The translations under genes and the position numbers were made by a program. A stretch of 64,000 nt of DNA from the human T2T-CHM13v2.0 reference genome, Homo sapiens: the NCBI RefSeq assembly GCF_009914755.1, contig NC_060937.1; one strand, given 5' to 3'. Positions 27,596 through 42,386 of the stretch are shown piece by piece (position 1 is the stretch's first letter; each line of letters opens with the position of its first letter). The notes beneath the pieces were generated by a model, which did not search any database, was not told the DNA's origin, and saw only the letters and a list, made by a program, of their open reading frames with translations.

Positions 27596-28304
27596 ATTAA
27601 ATACCCACCTCCTAGGGATAACAAATAGGCCATGGAGCTAAAAGTATTCATAAGCGTTAAAGCTTCATTCAGAATTCTCCTTATGAAGGATGTAGGTCAT
27701 ATAAGATTAGTAATATGGTTATAATAATTTTTCCCATTGTTGAAAAATTATGCCCTGGCTGATATCTCTGAGTGTAATTGCAGATGTAGAAAAAAGAAAA
27801 AAAAAGTGAAGAAAAGCAACAATGACTAGAAATATTGAAGATTAGAAAAAGAGAAAAAAAGCAACAGTTATGTCCAGACCTTTCTTTTCTTGAAATATAG
27901 CAATACCTGTTAAAGCATTTTTTCATATTTTGTCACTTTTTTTTCTTGCATGCAGGGTCATTTTATCACTAATCCATGTAAATTATTTTGCTGATATTCA
28001 GCATTTTGCATAGTTGAATACCTCTAGGAAGTTAATATGTTTATAAAGATATGTTTGGCAAGTAATCTGGGGGTGTTACCAGGACAATGAAATAAGTAAT
28101 GTATGGAAAAGTGCTGTATGCATATTGTAAAATCCTCTGAAATTAGGGCAGTATTATTATTTAACACAGTTATTCTTTATCCTTATTTGAACTCTTGGAA
28201 AAATATGTACACAAAATTAGTTTCTGTTGTAATGTGCTTCTATATTTTGTAGTACTCTTTTACAATTTGAAAATAATAATTTACCTTCCTTTGTAGTTTT
28301 ATCT

Positions 28305-28490
28305 AAGTAAATGGTGCAAATTATGGTGACTCAGAATCACCTGGAGGGCTTGTTAAACCATAGATTGCCGGGCTCCACCCTACAGTTTCTGATTCATTAG
28401 GTCTGGGTGGGTCTAAGAACTAGTATTTCTAACAAGTGCCTGCAAGATACTGATGAATCTAGGCTAGAGACTGTACTTTGGAAACCACTG
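28305..28490. mobile_element. MER5A hAT DNA transposon
   Basis: tcagaatcacctggagggcttgttaaa...gtttctgattca.taggtctggg...tttctaacaag...ctttggaaaccactg. Confidence 0.88.
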
Positions 28491-29614
28491 ATTTAAGCAT
28501 TGTGCCATGATAGTAGCCTAAAGAGTGAACTAATTCACTTAATAATCTAGATCTGTTCAAATATGATAATATTTTATGTATTTTATGACTTGTCAATGTA
28601 ATGATAATACTTTATTTAGTTTTCACTTTCATCTGGATACTTTATAAAAATGTAGATTCAGAATTTGTCTTTCTTCCCAAGCTACGTATCAACATCAACA
28701 TTGTTTTCTTTAATAGTTGCTCTTAGAAGATCCCAAAACCATTTTTTTAAAGAGTATTAATTAATTTACTTGAAACTTGTTAAATTCACTATCAATATCA
28801 TTGTCATTGTTCTTTGACATTAGAGATAATGATGATCACATTTCTACCAGAAAGAATGTCACTAGAATCTCCAGGCATTTATTTTATGAATTAAATCATG
28901 TTTGTCTGCCTATACACTTACATATTAACTGCTGTTTCAGGATTTTACTGTGTGTAACTTCTTTTTTTATTGTAAGTGGTAAAAGCTACCTCTGTCTCCA
29001 ATGTTTTTATTTTATATTTGTTATTATCTGCTTTTTTCTCAGAGGGCAATGCCTTTGTCACATAGATTTTATATCTTTTAACAGTAATCCCAAGTTACTC
29101 TGGTTTTAACATATAACATGGAAAGGGCTTAGAGAAATGATGCCAAAGTAATTTACCTCTTATATGCACCTGGAGAGGTGAGACGCATTGAATCTATTGT
29201 CAGTAGTAGACTTTGTATACCAAAGTAACTTATTTATGTTGTTTTATACCAAGAGGTAGACAGAAAGATGGTGGACATGTAGGGATATAGGATGTGAATG
29301 AGACACAAAACCCTTAGCAACACATCAAAATGCTACAGGTGGTATTAATATTGGTTTAGTTTGCTATTGATTTTTCCCTCATTTTCTCCTCTGGTTATGT
29401 AGTTTACTTTGAGGCCATTTCTCTGTTGATTTTTTTCCTAGGTCATAAGATAGAGGAAAGCACATAATAGCCTTGGTGACCATAATTTTTCAATTTATAG
29501 TAATTCTCACCACACCTCATTGTAGATGAAAACTTCTAGTTATTTCAATCATCATTTCAATAATTCTTCATGTTTAAGATATTGATTTGTTAAATTCTTC
29601 TAGACTTTTTACTT

Positions 29615-29617
29615 ACA

Positions 29618-29652
<35 letters not shown>
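29615..29652. repeat. (CA)n microsatellite
   Basis: Seen directly. Confidence 0.97.
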
Positions 29653-29654
<2 letters not shown>

Positions 29655-32600
29655 CAGTGCTTTCAGTCTTAAAAAAAGAAGCAGGAAAGGATGACTAACA
29701 GGCAAGTCAAGAAATATGGTAAATATAAAAATATGTGCTAAAAGCACATTGTGCTTAACTTTGCTTTTTAATAATCCCTTGGAAACCTAGACATGACATC
29801 CATTATTAGATTTTCAAATTTATTTTTATTTTTAGCATAATACGTATATTTATGTAAAATATAGAGATAATACAAGTGAATTTTCATATTGAGAATAAAA
29901 TAAAAATATTGAGAATAGAGACAATATAGAGAAAGCATTATGTAGGACATTGGTATGTGTATGAGAAGTGGTAAAAACAAAACAAAACACAAAGTGCAGA
30001 CGCAGTGTACATTTTTTCTCTTCTGAAATGTTATCGAACATGATAAATATGACCACAAATATGATAAAAATGTTACTCTCCAAAAATGTTATCAAATAAG
30101 ACTCTGTATGCCTCAGTTGCCTCAGACTCACTTTCTTCTACTGTAAAATTCACATTCAGAACCTTATCCATCCCGTCGAAACTGTAGGTGCAATCTTATA
30201 ACTGTGTGTTAACAAATCAGCTGACTTTATTTGAAGATTGCATTTTTTAATAAATTTTTTTATTTCATCTTTACTGCTGCCATGACAATGAATTTATTAA
30301 AATCTTCTCCCAAATGATTTAAATTTCAGACTTATCTAGTATATTGGAAAAAGTTTTTTTCTCAATTAAAAATTATGAGAGAGGAGGAGGAAAGTGGTAA
30401 TGATGTGCAGAGGTCTATGTCTGTGTTTGTGTGTTTCTCTCCATGTGTAAGTTTGAATGTATGTCCTCACACATTCAATACTATTGAGAGAAAGTCAGGG
30501 GATAATTACTTGTGAGGAAATTCCCATAATCTCATGGGAAAGTCTATCCTGAAAACAAATGATCCTTCTTCACCCATACTATTTATTGATACTGTGTATT
30601 TATGTTTAACTCTAATATACTTCCATTGTTTATATTATAGTTTATTTCTTCCTCAGTCTTTTTATTCATTAGTCTATAAGCCCTGATTCATTTTCTTCAG
30701 AAAAATAATCAAATTCCATACCATACATATAGGACATATAGGGTCTAGGCAACAAATTTTGATGAACTAAATTATTATCCCATTTCAGTCTTACAGTTGT
30801 ATTCTCTAAAGGGGAAGAGAGTTTGGTATTACATAACTAGATCTCTTTTCTCAGCCACAGAAATATGTAGATGGGATAAAGTAAATAATAGTAATAAATG
30901 ACATATAAAAATAAATGCAATATTTGGCAATATTCACACCAAGAAATTTATCTGGATTCACTCATCTTCCTGCTTCCAGTCATTTAAGCAAATGGAGATC
31001 TTTTTTAAAAAACTGAAAGTTGATGTTAAAACTGACTCAAAAATAGTGTAATGGTATCCAGGTTAAATATTCCTAAGACAAAATAAGGCATTGTTTTATT
31101 CAGCACATAACTTGAGTTGTAGCAGCTTCTAATAAGGAAGTTCCCTGTGAATGGCTGAAAGAGATTTTTCAATTGATATCCTTACATAAATCAGCTCTAC
31201 AGATATTGAATTATACTTTTCAAAATTAGGCTAAGAAAATGAAATCTTCCTAAGTAGTAAGTATATTGATTATTGTTTATCTTATGTAATTTTCTGAAAT
31301 ACTGCCAAATAGGGTTTAAAGATCTGAATCTTTAGTTATCTTTTCTTATTTTTCTGCTTTTATGGGTTGTTGCAAAAGAATGCATGCTTCACAGAGCTGA
31401 GGAAAACAGAATTACGGTCACACCAAGCAAGGGCCAAGATGTGGTCAAAACTTAGAGTTAGCACAGCCCGGAGTTGCCTATCTCCAGGTGAATTGTTGTC
31501 TATGGGATGCATTTTCAAACGGTAATTCTCTCCTGTTGGTTGTCAGAAAAGCATAGTTCATTTTTTTTCAGAAAGATATGTTTATAATACTTATATTTCT
31601 TTAATCTATAAGATAAAGCTGAAGACACAGTCTACTTACAAAATATGAAATTAACCTGGAGTTATATAAACATGCCAAAAGAGGAAAGAAATTTACACTG
31701 GAGCTGTAGCGAGACATTGAGGTTTGGAAGCAGAAACAGAATTAATGTAGAGAGAAGATGCCATTGATAGAACAGTCCACATCAGAAAATCTCTGCTCTT
31801 GACAGCAAGAAAAGTTCTCTAAGTAGGTAAAGACACTTTAAATCCTATGTAATCCATTTTCTTCATGTTTTCCATGTGTCCTGGTTCTGTAGTTTTGGGT
31901 TCCTATGAGACCTGATGCCATTTTGGCACTTACTGTTTTCCTCCTATTCACACAGATCCTGATGTGAAATTGTACATTACTTGGAGTAATTTAATGAAGA
32001 TTCTTTCTTGCCACTAAAAGACCATAACTACAGCAAAGTTCATTTACTTTATTATCAGTGGTTGCTTTTTTGAAAAAGGTGTCAATATTCTGCCTAAGTG
32101 CACTTGATATACTAAGAGATTAGTGAACAAAAACAAATCCAAATCCCTTTTTAGAATTATAGCTTATGAATTTATTTTAAATTGTCTTCAAAGTTAAAAT
32201 ATAATAATTACTGATTACAACATTGGATCAGTCGTGCGAATATTCTGTGTCTCTACATTAACTTTGCATAGTTTGATTGAAATATCTTATTATAAACGGC
32301 TGAATTATTTACACTAACCTGATGAGGTGAATTGTTACAAATGAGCAAATAACAAACCATAAATAAAGGAACATTAATGTTGAAAAAGGAAGGGTTAAAC
32401 TAGGTAGTTATTGCATAAGGTATGTAAACCCAGAGTTAAGTGACTTGCCCAAGGAGCTTGGCTGAACTTCTCTAACTAAAAGGTACCACAGTCTTCTATT
32501 TCAGTCCCAGCACCAGAGCTTGTTAATAAGGCCATCAAGGCTCTGAACAGTGAGGGGTGCAATAACATGCAATCTATAGGTCAGAAGGGGGAAAAACAGA

Positions 32601-35169
32601 TCCTTTCTATCCCGTTTCAGGAGCTTTTAATGTAATTGGATTTAGATTCATACTTACAATCCCTTCACCATATGAAAGCTGCCTGGAAGAGCAATTAAGT
32701 GTATGGGCTTTCCCATCTGCTTTAGTGGGTCAACAAGCTCTGCCATATAGTGATTTTGTAACTTTAAAACTGTACTTCCTTTTCCATATCTAAAAAACAT
32801 GCAGCCAAGAAATAAGCCAATTTTGAAGAGTTAAATAGGAATCAAGAGAGGTAAACGTAAATGTAAACTATCTGATGCATGATAAGCACTTACTAAATAA
32901 CTAATACGAGAAAAATATGCAATATATTCATGTTTTATATATATATATATATCAATCTAATCTATCTAGTTATTCAGCCTCCTTCTATTTATCCATCTAC
33001 CATCTACCTCGTTACAAAAGGCATTCAACGTGGACAAAACCATTCCACCAAAAGAAAGCATGTAAGTCTTTTTGGAAGTTATTAGGGTGTTCAGCAATTT
33101 TTAGCAGCTACCTGAATTTGATGCTATATGTCCTGGACTTTGCTCTAAAAATGATATATACATGACTTCATGTGAAGGCCATGCATAGATAAAAACACAA
33201 ACTTGAAAATGGGAATAAATTAAAATTTCTTCTCCCTGTGTAATGTCTTCTTAGTGGAGTGGAGCATGTTTTTTTGAGCAACAGCACCCAGATTTGTAAG
33301 ACATCAAACTAACTGCTTCATTAGGCCTGTTTTTCTCATGGTAATTTTGGCAGGATTAAGATGCCATGAGCTACTCAGGAAGGAAAGTAAAATGAGAAAA
33401 TACAAAAATAGCTACATTAAAGTGTGGCTTAAGAAAGAGGTAAAGCCCAGTAAACGTGGAGGTTAGTGAGAAGTGGGCAGATGATTCTACTTGGTGAAAA
33501 TCATCATTGACTGCAATTCCAAACAGGCATCATGAAATTGTGCCTAGATACATGAGTTTAGATATTGAATGAAGACTTAAAATATTGAAAGAAGCAGCAA
33601 AATTCCAAAAGAAATGTTGTGGATGTAATGTACTGTGATATTTTGTGGGGGTTTTACATGTTTTGCATGTTATTAGCTACCCCAGATGAATGGATTTGCC
33701 TCAGAGCCACACAATAAATCATCGTCAGAGTTCGTTGTGATAGTTACTATTTATTAATGCCTGTGTTTCATACTGAAATGTCTTTCTGTGCTTACTTGCT
33801 CGTCTTTCTTTGCATTCCACTGATCATCAATCACAAAAGCAGCTTGGCCATTTCTCTCTGTCTTGCCTCAGTGAACTCCTACTTTCCTTGATTGTTAACC
33901 CCTTGCTGGAATGCACATGGCCTGTATGCCTCTCTGGGCTTCTATTCAACTCTCCCAATGGGCCTCTCTTCCTGGCACTGAGCTGCAAGGCAATATTTTC
34001 CATCTGTTGAATGAAGAGCATGACACAGGCAGTTTGATATGGTTTCAAAAACCACAGCAAACCAGTGATGCACAACTCACTTTTATTCCACAAGCCTGTG
34101 GGAGCCCAAAAGGATAAGAGGCCTTTCTGCTAGGCTGAACACAGAGCCTGGCATTCAGAAACAAATATTCCTCCCCGAAACACTCAATATGCTTCATATT
34201 CAAGCCAGAAACATTGTGCGTTAGAATAATCTAAAGATGAATCTAGTCGGAAGTTATCTTGAAATGTGTGAGCAAGCTTCTCTTTCATACACCAGCTGTT
34301 TTCTTTCCATCAAATGTTTACTGGGTGGGGGATCAGCCTGTGTTTTTTTTAATGCAGTAGCAAGAATGTTTTGTGTGTTCTGAAAGAACCTATGAGGCCT
34401 TTCAATGTAGAAGGGAGGAAGAATGGTTCATCATGAGTTCAGGGAAATTTTGGAGTCTCTTATAATATCACATCCTCAAATTTGGGAATATTTTTTCTTT
34501 ATAAAGCATGTTGAAAAATTATTTCATGGCTGCTAGTTCCCAATGTCAGACTGTTTGTGACAAAATTGTTAAAATAGCATTGCTATGGGTATAAAAAAAT
34601 TTCACAAGCATTTTGTAATGTGCCATGGGATTTATAATAAGTTTTAACATATATGATTTCCTATTTTATCCACTCAAGGAAAAAATTATGTTGTTGGATA
34701 TTTTTAATAGGTTCATTAGCTTTAAAAATCAAAATAAGGAAAATATTCTTGGTAATGGGAAAATGTTGTTTAATGACATTCACTTACTTAAAACATGTTA
34801 ATTGCTATAAGCATATCAAGAATCAAAGTATAATTTCTGGTGTGGTTTTCAGGACTCTTATGAAGTCCCAAACTCACTCTTGTCAAACAGTATAATTCAT
34901 CCTAAAATATCCAAATATTCTAGCATCTCATCTACTGTTCTCTCTGTCTGAAATGCCCTTTCCTATCAATTTTCTGTATTACAGTTCTAACCACTACCAA
35001 AGATACTTTCTAAAAACTAAGTTTAAAAAGAGTTAAGTTTTTAAAATCTTCCTTAGCTAATTGGTTCTTTCCAATCCTCCCCTCCAGAAATAATCACATT
35101 TTAACTATTTGATGGTTTGAATAGCATTTGCATATCATTTTTGACAATGTAGTTTGAAACTGCAGTGAT

Positions 35170-35375
35170 ATCTATCTCTTATTGAACATGCACTGCTTTC
35201 AGACTCTGCTAGATGGGCTACTATCCCTACAGTTTTTTTGAGACTACTATAATATTATCATTTCCATTTACAAATAAGGAAACAAAGTTCAGGAAACATT
35301 AATAAATTTGCTCAAGGTTACTTAATACTCATTGGTGAAACGCATTTGAATCCAAATGTACCTGACTAAAAAGCC
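35170..35375 (-). mobile_element. MIR SINE
   Basis: tttccatttacaaataaggaaacaaagttcagg...tttgctcaaggt. Confidence 0.6.
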
Positions 35376-36499
35376 TTTTTTTTTTTTCTGTTCTAGTTTT
35401 GTGGATGTTTTTTTGTGGATATGCACTGATAGCAGGGCCTGATCTTAATCCTTCTAGATTTCAACTCACCTACTTCTGCACTGAACTTTACTGCACTAAA
35501 TTGAATCTGTAAAATTCCAGCCTAGTTTATTAGAAAAATGGAATAAAACTACCATTGGTTCTATTTAGACAGTTGTCTCAGATTCCACCACTTTTACATA
35601 TGAAATAATAATTCTAATATATATAGATGAAATGCATATGGATTTTATGTATGCATGTGTAGGTGTGTGGTATTACAATCCACAGATTATTTAAGACAGA
35701 AGATAATTTATGTTAAATACCTGTCACTCACATTTTCTCAAATTTACTGAATTCTTAATGTTAATTTTGGTGGTTAAAAGAAGTCATAATTTTTACCTGT
35801 TCAATGTTCTTTATTTTATTTTGGTACTATTTGGTTAGTTGCTTTTTCTGAGAATTTCTTTAATTTTTAAAATTTGTCATGAATTAATTTATAGAAGGTA
35901 GGTGTGATTTATTTGCCATGAGCATTGAACTTTGTTTCTTGAAAACAAATAACACTAAGATCTTTGAGAACCTACACGTATTTATGGAAACTATGAGGGT
36001 GGTGGGAGTAGCTTAGAAACAATGACAACTATAGCCTTTGAACCAAAGAAATATTTTTAAATTTTCTCTATTCAACGTCTGTGCCAGCATGTGTTGCCTC
36101 TTAGGCAATAAACAATTATGGTTACGTAGACACCTAACACATTATTTATCCTGTTAAAGTTTGATTTAAAAATCTGTGGCTATACCAATTTCAATGTAAT
36201 TTAGGTATATATATATGTAATTTACAGTATATATATGTGTGTGCATGTGTCTTTGTGTGTACATCTTTAAGAAAAAAGTTATTAACTTAATTGTGCAAAA
36301 TCCATACTGTTTTGGTTCCTCTCTTCTTTAAAATGTGATAAAACTTACATAGGTCATCAACGTTGAGCATTCTTACAAGTATAAATTTATAACAGTGTCA
36401 TTTGGTAATAAAATTCTTAAGTATAAGATGCAGTCTATGCCATAAAAACATCTACAGTCTATTTGTGTATTTATGTGATTATTGAAAGAGATAAAACAA

Positions 36500-37000
36500 C
36501 ACTTCCCCTGGCTCCAGTCTTTCTTGTTTCCAAACCATCCTTTATTGTCAATTAGAGGAATTTTTCTAAAACACAAACATTAATATAATCTATTCCTGCT
36601 TGAAGTTCTTCATGAACTCCATGACTTCTATGATAAAGTTCAGATTTGTTGGTTTAGCAATCCATATTATTCTTGACACAGTTCCTGCCCACTTCTCTAG
36701 CCTTAACATCATCCTAAATACACCCTTGATGACAAGACATACTTCCTTTGGTTTCCTGAATTCAACAAATTATTTGGGGAAATCTGGAGACATTTAGTGA
36801 AGGAAGTGATGTTTAAAATGGCTCTTAAAGGAGATCCGGAGACTGACAAGTGGAGCAAGGGGCAGTGGGTGCAGGTGTGCCTGGTATGAGGTGTTGAGCA
36901 TTAGGACTGAGGGCTGGTACGAGCAGAGGGGAAGATATTGGTAGTAAAGGGAAGAGAGAGAGTTTCTTAGAAGAGTAAATGGATTGTGAGCTAGTACCTG
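36500..37000. mobile_element. L2 fragments (sense, then antisense)
   Basis: L2-like ttttctaaaacacaaa...ctgcttgaagttcttca; then gtgaggaagtgatgtttaa. Confidence 0.45.
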
Positions 37001-39211
37001 GATGAGGGGGAGGGGCATTGTGTTCTAACTCACAGATTGCCAGAACCCATTTAGAGTTGGAAGGGGCCTCAGAAATCAAAAAAAGGGGATGAAGAATAAG
37101 AAGAGAAGAAACGAGAAGGAGGAGAATAGAAAGAAGTAAAATAATAATAAGGAGAAGAAACAAAGTAAGCTTAATCCTTTAATAGAATTCACCTTTACAA
37201 TTTCATTTCATATTAACATTATTTCAGCAAAAATATGTTTCTGTTAATATGAAATTCACCTAACTTTATTATACTTTTGGATACTAGGTACCTCCCTAAA
37301 GGCATATAAATCATTTCACATTTAACATTGTGAAGCAATGATCATTACACATTTAAAACTCAACAGTTAGTAAAGTTCCAACAATTTATACCCTTAGTGC
37401 TCATGGTTAAATGTGTATCGTAGCAACTGAAAATCACAAACCTATTTTCTTATTTATAATTGCTGAACAGTGGTTCATGTCACGGATTTCTTCTGCTGAT
37501 AATTATTTAGTACCGTCGATAGGACATAGTGGAAGTAAATATTTTAAAATACAGTAACGTATTTCTTTCCCAGAGTTATCCTAGCATTACATAGCTCTAT
37601 ATCTCCCAAAACTTCTCCAACACATTTACAAAAAGCTTTGAGAGAGAACAGAAGAAAAACTGATTCTCATTACTCTTTTGAAGTTCAATCTAAAAACAAA
37701 AGATGAGTCAGAAATAACTTATTTCTGAGCCAGCTTCCTATCATCATTAATGAAGTTATCTTTGTCTCCATGAGTTAATAGTTCATTATTCTGATTTAAT
37801 AAAGAAAGTTGATGGTTTTAAAGACACTGTTTTCATTTCAGGCTAGTAAAAAGTAGATAATAAATTATCAATAGACCACAAAAATGAATGTATAAATCTA
37901 CTGTGCTGTTTTTATTGTGCTTTAGACTCCTTAAATTCCTGATGTATTAATTATGAATTGCATAAATTCATTAAAATATTTGTCTAGGCTTTGAAATTAA
38001 ATTAACAATGTAAAATAAACTGATTTTGCTGTTTTTAATTTGAAGTGAATCTATTTTTTTAATATTAAGTAAGATTTTGTTAAATGTATCAATTTACAAA
38101 GAAAATCTAGAAATAGACTTTAGTAAAGTTTTGAAATCATGATTTTTATCAACTTTTTTTGGATTGTATTTACAAAATACTTCTTGATAAAATATAAAGT
38201 AAGTGTTTCTGTACGAAGACTGAAGAGTAGCAATCATTCCCCCTTTTGTACATCTTTGAACTTTTGCAAAATCTCCTTTGATTTTGTCCTTTAGAGCCAC
38301 CATTCGGTCAGTTTAACTGTCTTGGTGCTACATTTTTCTATCTAATATAATAGGTTCACTTCTATTACTTGAATTGGGCAGAAACAACTGAGTATACAGA
38401 TAATAATATATTATTCCTATGAATTCAAAGGATAGGTATCATTTATATAATAATTCAAAAAAATAATATCTCAGACAGAATAACCTTCAGTCACTCTTGT
38501 TATATATTGTGAGTTTTAGGCTTTCTTTTTAATTGTTTATGTTTACATATTAAAACCTTTCTGAAAAACAGGTGCAGGGAATCAAATTCTTTGTTCCAAA
38601 TTTTGTATTCCATTTGCCCTTTTATTCTTTATTTAAGATACATGCCTCCTGCACAATTGTATGGAAAACCCACAGGCCTCTTGATCAACTCCTTCGTAGA
38701 TATTTTAAGCAGGAAACTTCCATGGTATGAGTGTGCACTCAAAAAGACGATTTCATCCTAAAACTAAGATTTTGTTTCTAAAGTATTTATCACAGTGTCT
38801 GTAGGGTATAAATACACAGTTGTCCCTTTTGCTTTATAGGCTTTTTGTAATTTGTTACATGTTATAATTAATTACAGATAAATTATAATTCCTTAGTGGA
38901 AGTTTTCCTTGGAATTGTAGAAATAAAGCATAGCAAGCTTGCTTACATTTTGTGATAATATATTCATTTAATACCATGAATAATCCAAAGAGTTAATATT
39001 ATTTGTTAAGTAGAACAGTTAGCATATCACATCGAACTCATAGACTACTCATGAAACTCAGAGGATGAATCCTTCAACTTATGAAAAATAATTGGTTTTA
39101 TTTTAGAAAATCTACCCTCGTAAATCTAACCAGTAGAGTTATTATTGCATATTGAATTGTCAACTAACTCTAAAACGATAAAACGTAAAGGTAATATAAA
39201 AGCAGATTTTT

Positions 39212-39331
39212 TTTATTATACTTTAAGTTCTAGGGTACATGTGCATGAAGGTTTGTTACATATGTATACATGTGCCATGTTGGTGTGCTGCACCCATTAA
39301 CTCGTCATTTACATTAGGTATATCTCCTAAT
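39212..39331 (-). mobile_element. Very short L1PA 3' end (~120 bp)
   Basis: L1PA 3'UTR terminus; perfect 15-bp TSD taaaagcagattttt (39197-39211 / 39332-39346). Confidence 0.95.
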
Positions 39332-40929
39332 TAAAAGCAGATTTTTAAAGTCAGTCAACCATGTGTTTAATACTATGCTGCCTCCTCTGGAAAACATGAA
39401 AAGTTGCGATCTCATTTAAGAGTTAAGTTGTATGCAGTGAAAATAAGCAGATAATAATATATGAGAGTATAACTTCAGGTGCTAAATTTTGTGTAACAGG
39501 TTGTCGGTTATAAAATAATTGTACTGAAAAAAGATGATAAAGGTGATGTGTAGGAAAATGAAATAGTTATTTAAGATTTCTCAGAAAATAAGTGTGAGGG
39601 TTAGGATCAAATTTTATTAAGTCCCTTCATTTTCAGTCTTGCCAATATGCCAGACTGTTTTTATTTTTTTAGAAATATAAATTCAAACAATAGTATGCAT
39701 ATTCTGTGGACTATGTCTGGTTGACTCCAAAGAAGAGATAGCACATTTACAGGACTGCAAAGGATGGGAATGATGACTTATTAGCCTAATTCACATTCTG
39801 TGTAAGTCATAAGGAAGGCTAATTGTTGTTCATATGTTTACATATTCTCCTTTGAGAGTCACCTAAGGCAACAAATGGACTATTTTTTTCCTTTGTTTTG
39901 GTGTTATTCATCTTAGTGATACAAAACGATTTTTATTACTTCTAAATGCAATGTTTATACAGAGAGTTTGCAAATGATCATAATCTCTTTTATTATGTGG
40001 GTCACGTGATGACGATTTTAGGTCTCTGTTTTATAATAGTTTGTGCACAGGTTTCTCCTAAAGTATAAAGTCTGATTAATGACTAGAACATAGACTATTA
40101 TTATTGAGCATTTACCATATACATCACATGTAAGCACCTCAGTTCTACCTCCCAACACTAAAGAGCTATATCAACGTGCACACAAGAGCTATAAGGCAGA
40201 AAGTCTTCCCTTCCAGGAATCACACTCTGCTAGTCAATGTGACCATTCACAACAACACTTAGATGTGCTTCTTTAAACATCCTACAGAACATCTCTGCTT
40301 CAGTTTCCTCCTCTGTTGACTAGACATAAGACCACTTGCTGATAAAGGGCAAAACAAAAACAAAAACAAAAAAACACACATGTGAAGACTAGTAGGAAGA
40401 TAGACTATTAAGCTACTCCTACAGGTTTGAAACTTCGGCTGATTCATTTTATTGCTATCTTTATTTATATAAGCTATATGTCTAAAATCAACAATATGTT
40501 AGTTATTGGTATGAGGTAGCATTCCATAATCCATAAAGATTAAGGTCTTCTACAGTGTAATATACTGTTGCCAAAGGGAGTGTCTGAAAACATAAAACTG
40601 ATCATATCATCTCTATGTTACAAATACTTTAATAGCTCTTCTTAGCCTAAAAGAACAATTCTAATCTCCCAATCAGGATGTGTAAGGGCCTTCTAAAAAT
40701 GAATTCTAACTTCATTTATAATTTTATTTTCTACCACATCTCCAGGTACATGCCGAGTTCCGCTCACACTAGATTATTTGTAGCTCCTAACCCAACACAT
40801 TTATTCCTTCACTTACATTTCTGAATTCCAAGAGATAGGAGATTATGATGTAATTGTTTTCTTCAGCCGCCTGAGCAATTCATGGATATACAAGACTTTA
40901 AGTCCTTGTTGCATGAACTCATAGTGTTT

Positions 40930-41090
40930 GGAGCTCATAAAGCAGCATCACATACATCATCTCATTTAATTCTCAACATTGTGAGTTGAGAGGGCAGGAA
41001 TTATATTTTGCAAGAAACTGAGGTCGCTGGGGAGTAACTAGCTCACTTGAAATCTCAAAGCTGGTGAGTGGTGTAACCAGGGTTCTGCCA
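40930..41090 (-). mobile_element. MIR SINE
   Basis: catcatctcatttaattctcaac...gaaactgagg...gctggtgagtgg. Confidence 0.6.
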
Positions 41091-41618
41091 CCTTTTCATT
41101 AATCCCAATGCATTTTTCATTAACACTCATTTGTATTAATAACAAAATGCAAAAATAGAAAAGTCTTTAATACTAAAATTTTTTTAGATCATTCTGCTTA
41201 TTTTAGATACTAATCTTACTGCTAAGGGGATATTCTAAACATAGATAACTTTGTGTTGGATAATATACTTCAAACAATAATGAGCTTTTTCTGGTGTTTG
41301 AACCAACACCGACAAATTCAGCAATGTGTCAATGAAGCTATTAGTGCAGCACTTTTACTTATTCCCAGCTAAGCTTATGATAAGTACAAATAAATTGCCA
41401 TTCATTATGGCAAAAAGAAAATTGATGTGTGATATAAAGTGTCAGGTGGAATGTGGAATACTTCTTTTTGTCCTAAATTATATTTTCATATATTTTTCAG
41501 AAGATTCATGGAGTTGATTTTCAGGGCACTTGCTTACACAATCCCACCTGTGAACAATCGTTTCTTACCTTAATGTGTCCATAACATGTGACTAGTATGA
41601 TATCACTGGATATTGGGA

Positions 41619-42126
41619 CATGATGGTTAATTTTGTATGTCAACTTGACTGGGCTATGGGGTGCCCAAATATTTCATCAGACATTTTTTTCTGGGTGTGT
41701 CTGTAGGAATGTTTTTGGTTGAGATTAACAACTGAATCAATAGACTGAGTAAAGCAAAGTAGATTGACCTCTTTTTTGTGGGTGACCCTCATCCAATCAG
41801 TTGAAGACCTGAATAGAACCAAAAGGCTGACCTTCCATGAGTATGGGCAAACTCTTCCTATCTGACAGCTTGAGCTGGGACATTGGCCTTTTATTGCTTT
41901 CAGAATCTAAATGAAACATGGGCTCTTCTTGGTTCTCAAGCCTGCTGGCTTTTAGACTGGAACTTTACGCCATTGACTTTCTTGGTTCTCTGGACTTCAG
42001 GCTTGGACTAGAAGTACACCATCAACTCAACTCTCTTGAGTCTCCAGCTTGCCAACTGCTGCTCGTAGGATTTCTCAGCTTCCATAATTGTGTGAGCCAA
42101 TTCCTTATAATACATGATGTGTTCGT

Positions 42127-42194
<68 letters not shown>

Positions 42195-42386
42195 TTTTTC
42201 TTTCTTTCTTCTTTTTCTTTCTTTCTTTTTCTTTCTCTCTTTCTTTTCTTTTCTTTTCTTCTTTTCTTTCTTTCTCTCTCTCTGTCTCTGTCTCGTGTGT
42301 GTGTGTGTATACCCCACCCCCCCCAACACACGCACACATATTCTGCATTCTATTGGTTCTTCTTCTCTGGAGCCCTGACCAGCACA
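41619..42386 (+). mobile_element. MLT2 (ERVL) solo LTR
   Basis: tgatggttaattt..tgtcaacttgactgggcta start; cctcatccaatcagttgaag; tgtgagccaattccttataa; ctattggttc...ccctgac end. Confidence 0.9.
42127..42292. repeat. (TTTC)n / CT-rich simple repeat inside MLT2
   Basis: Seen directly; source of the spurious F/L/S and K/E/R ORFs. Confidence 0.97.
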
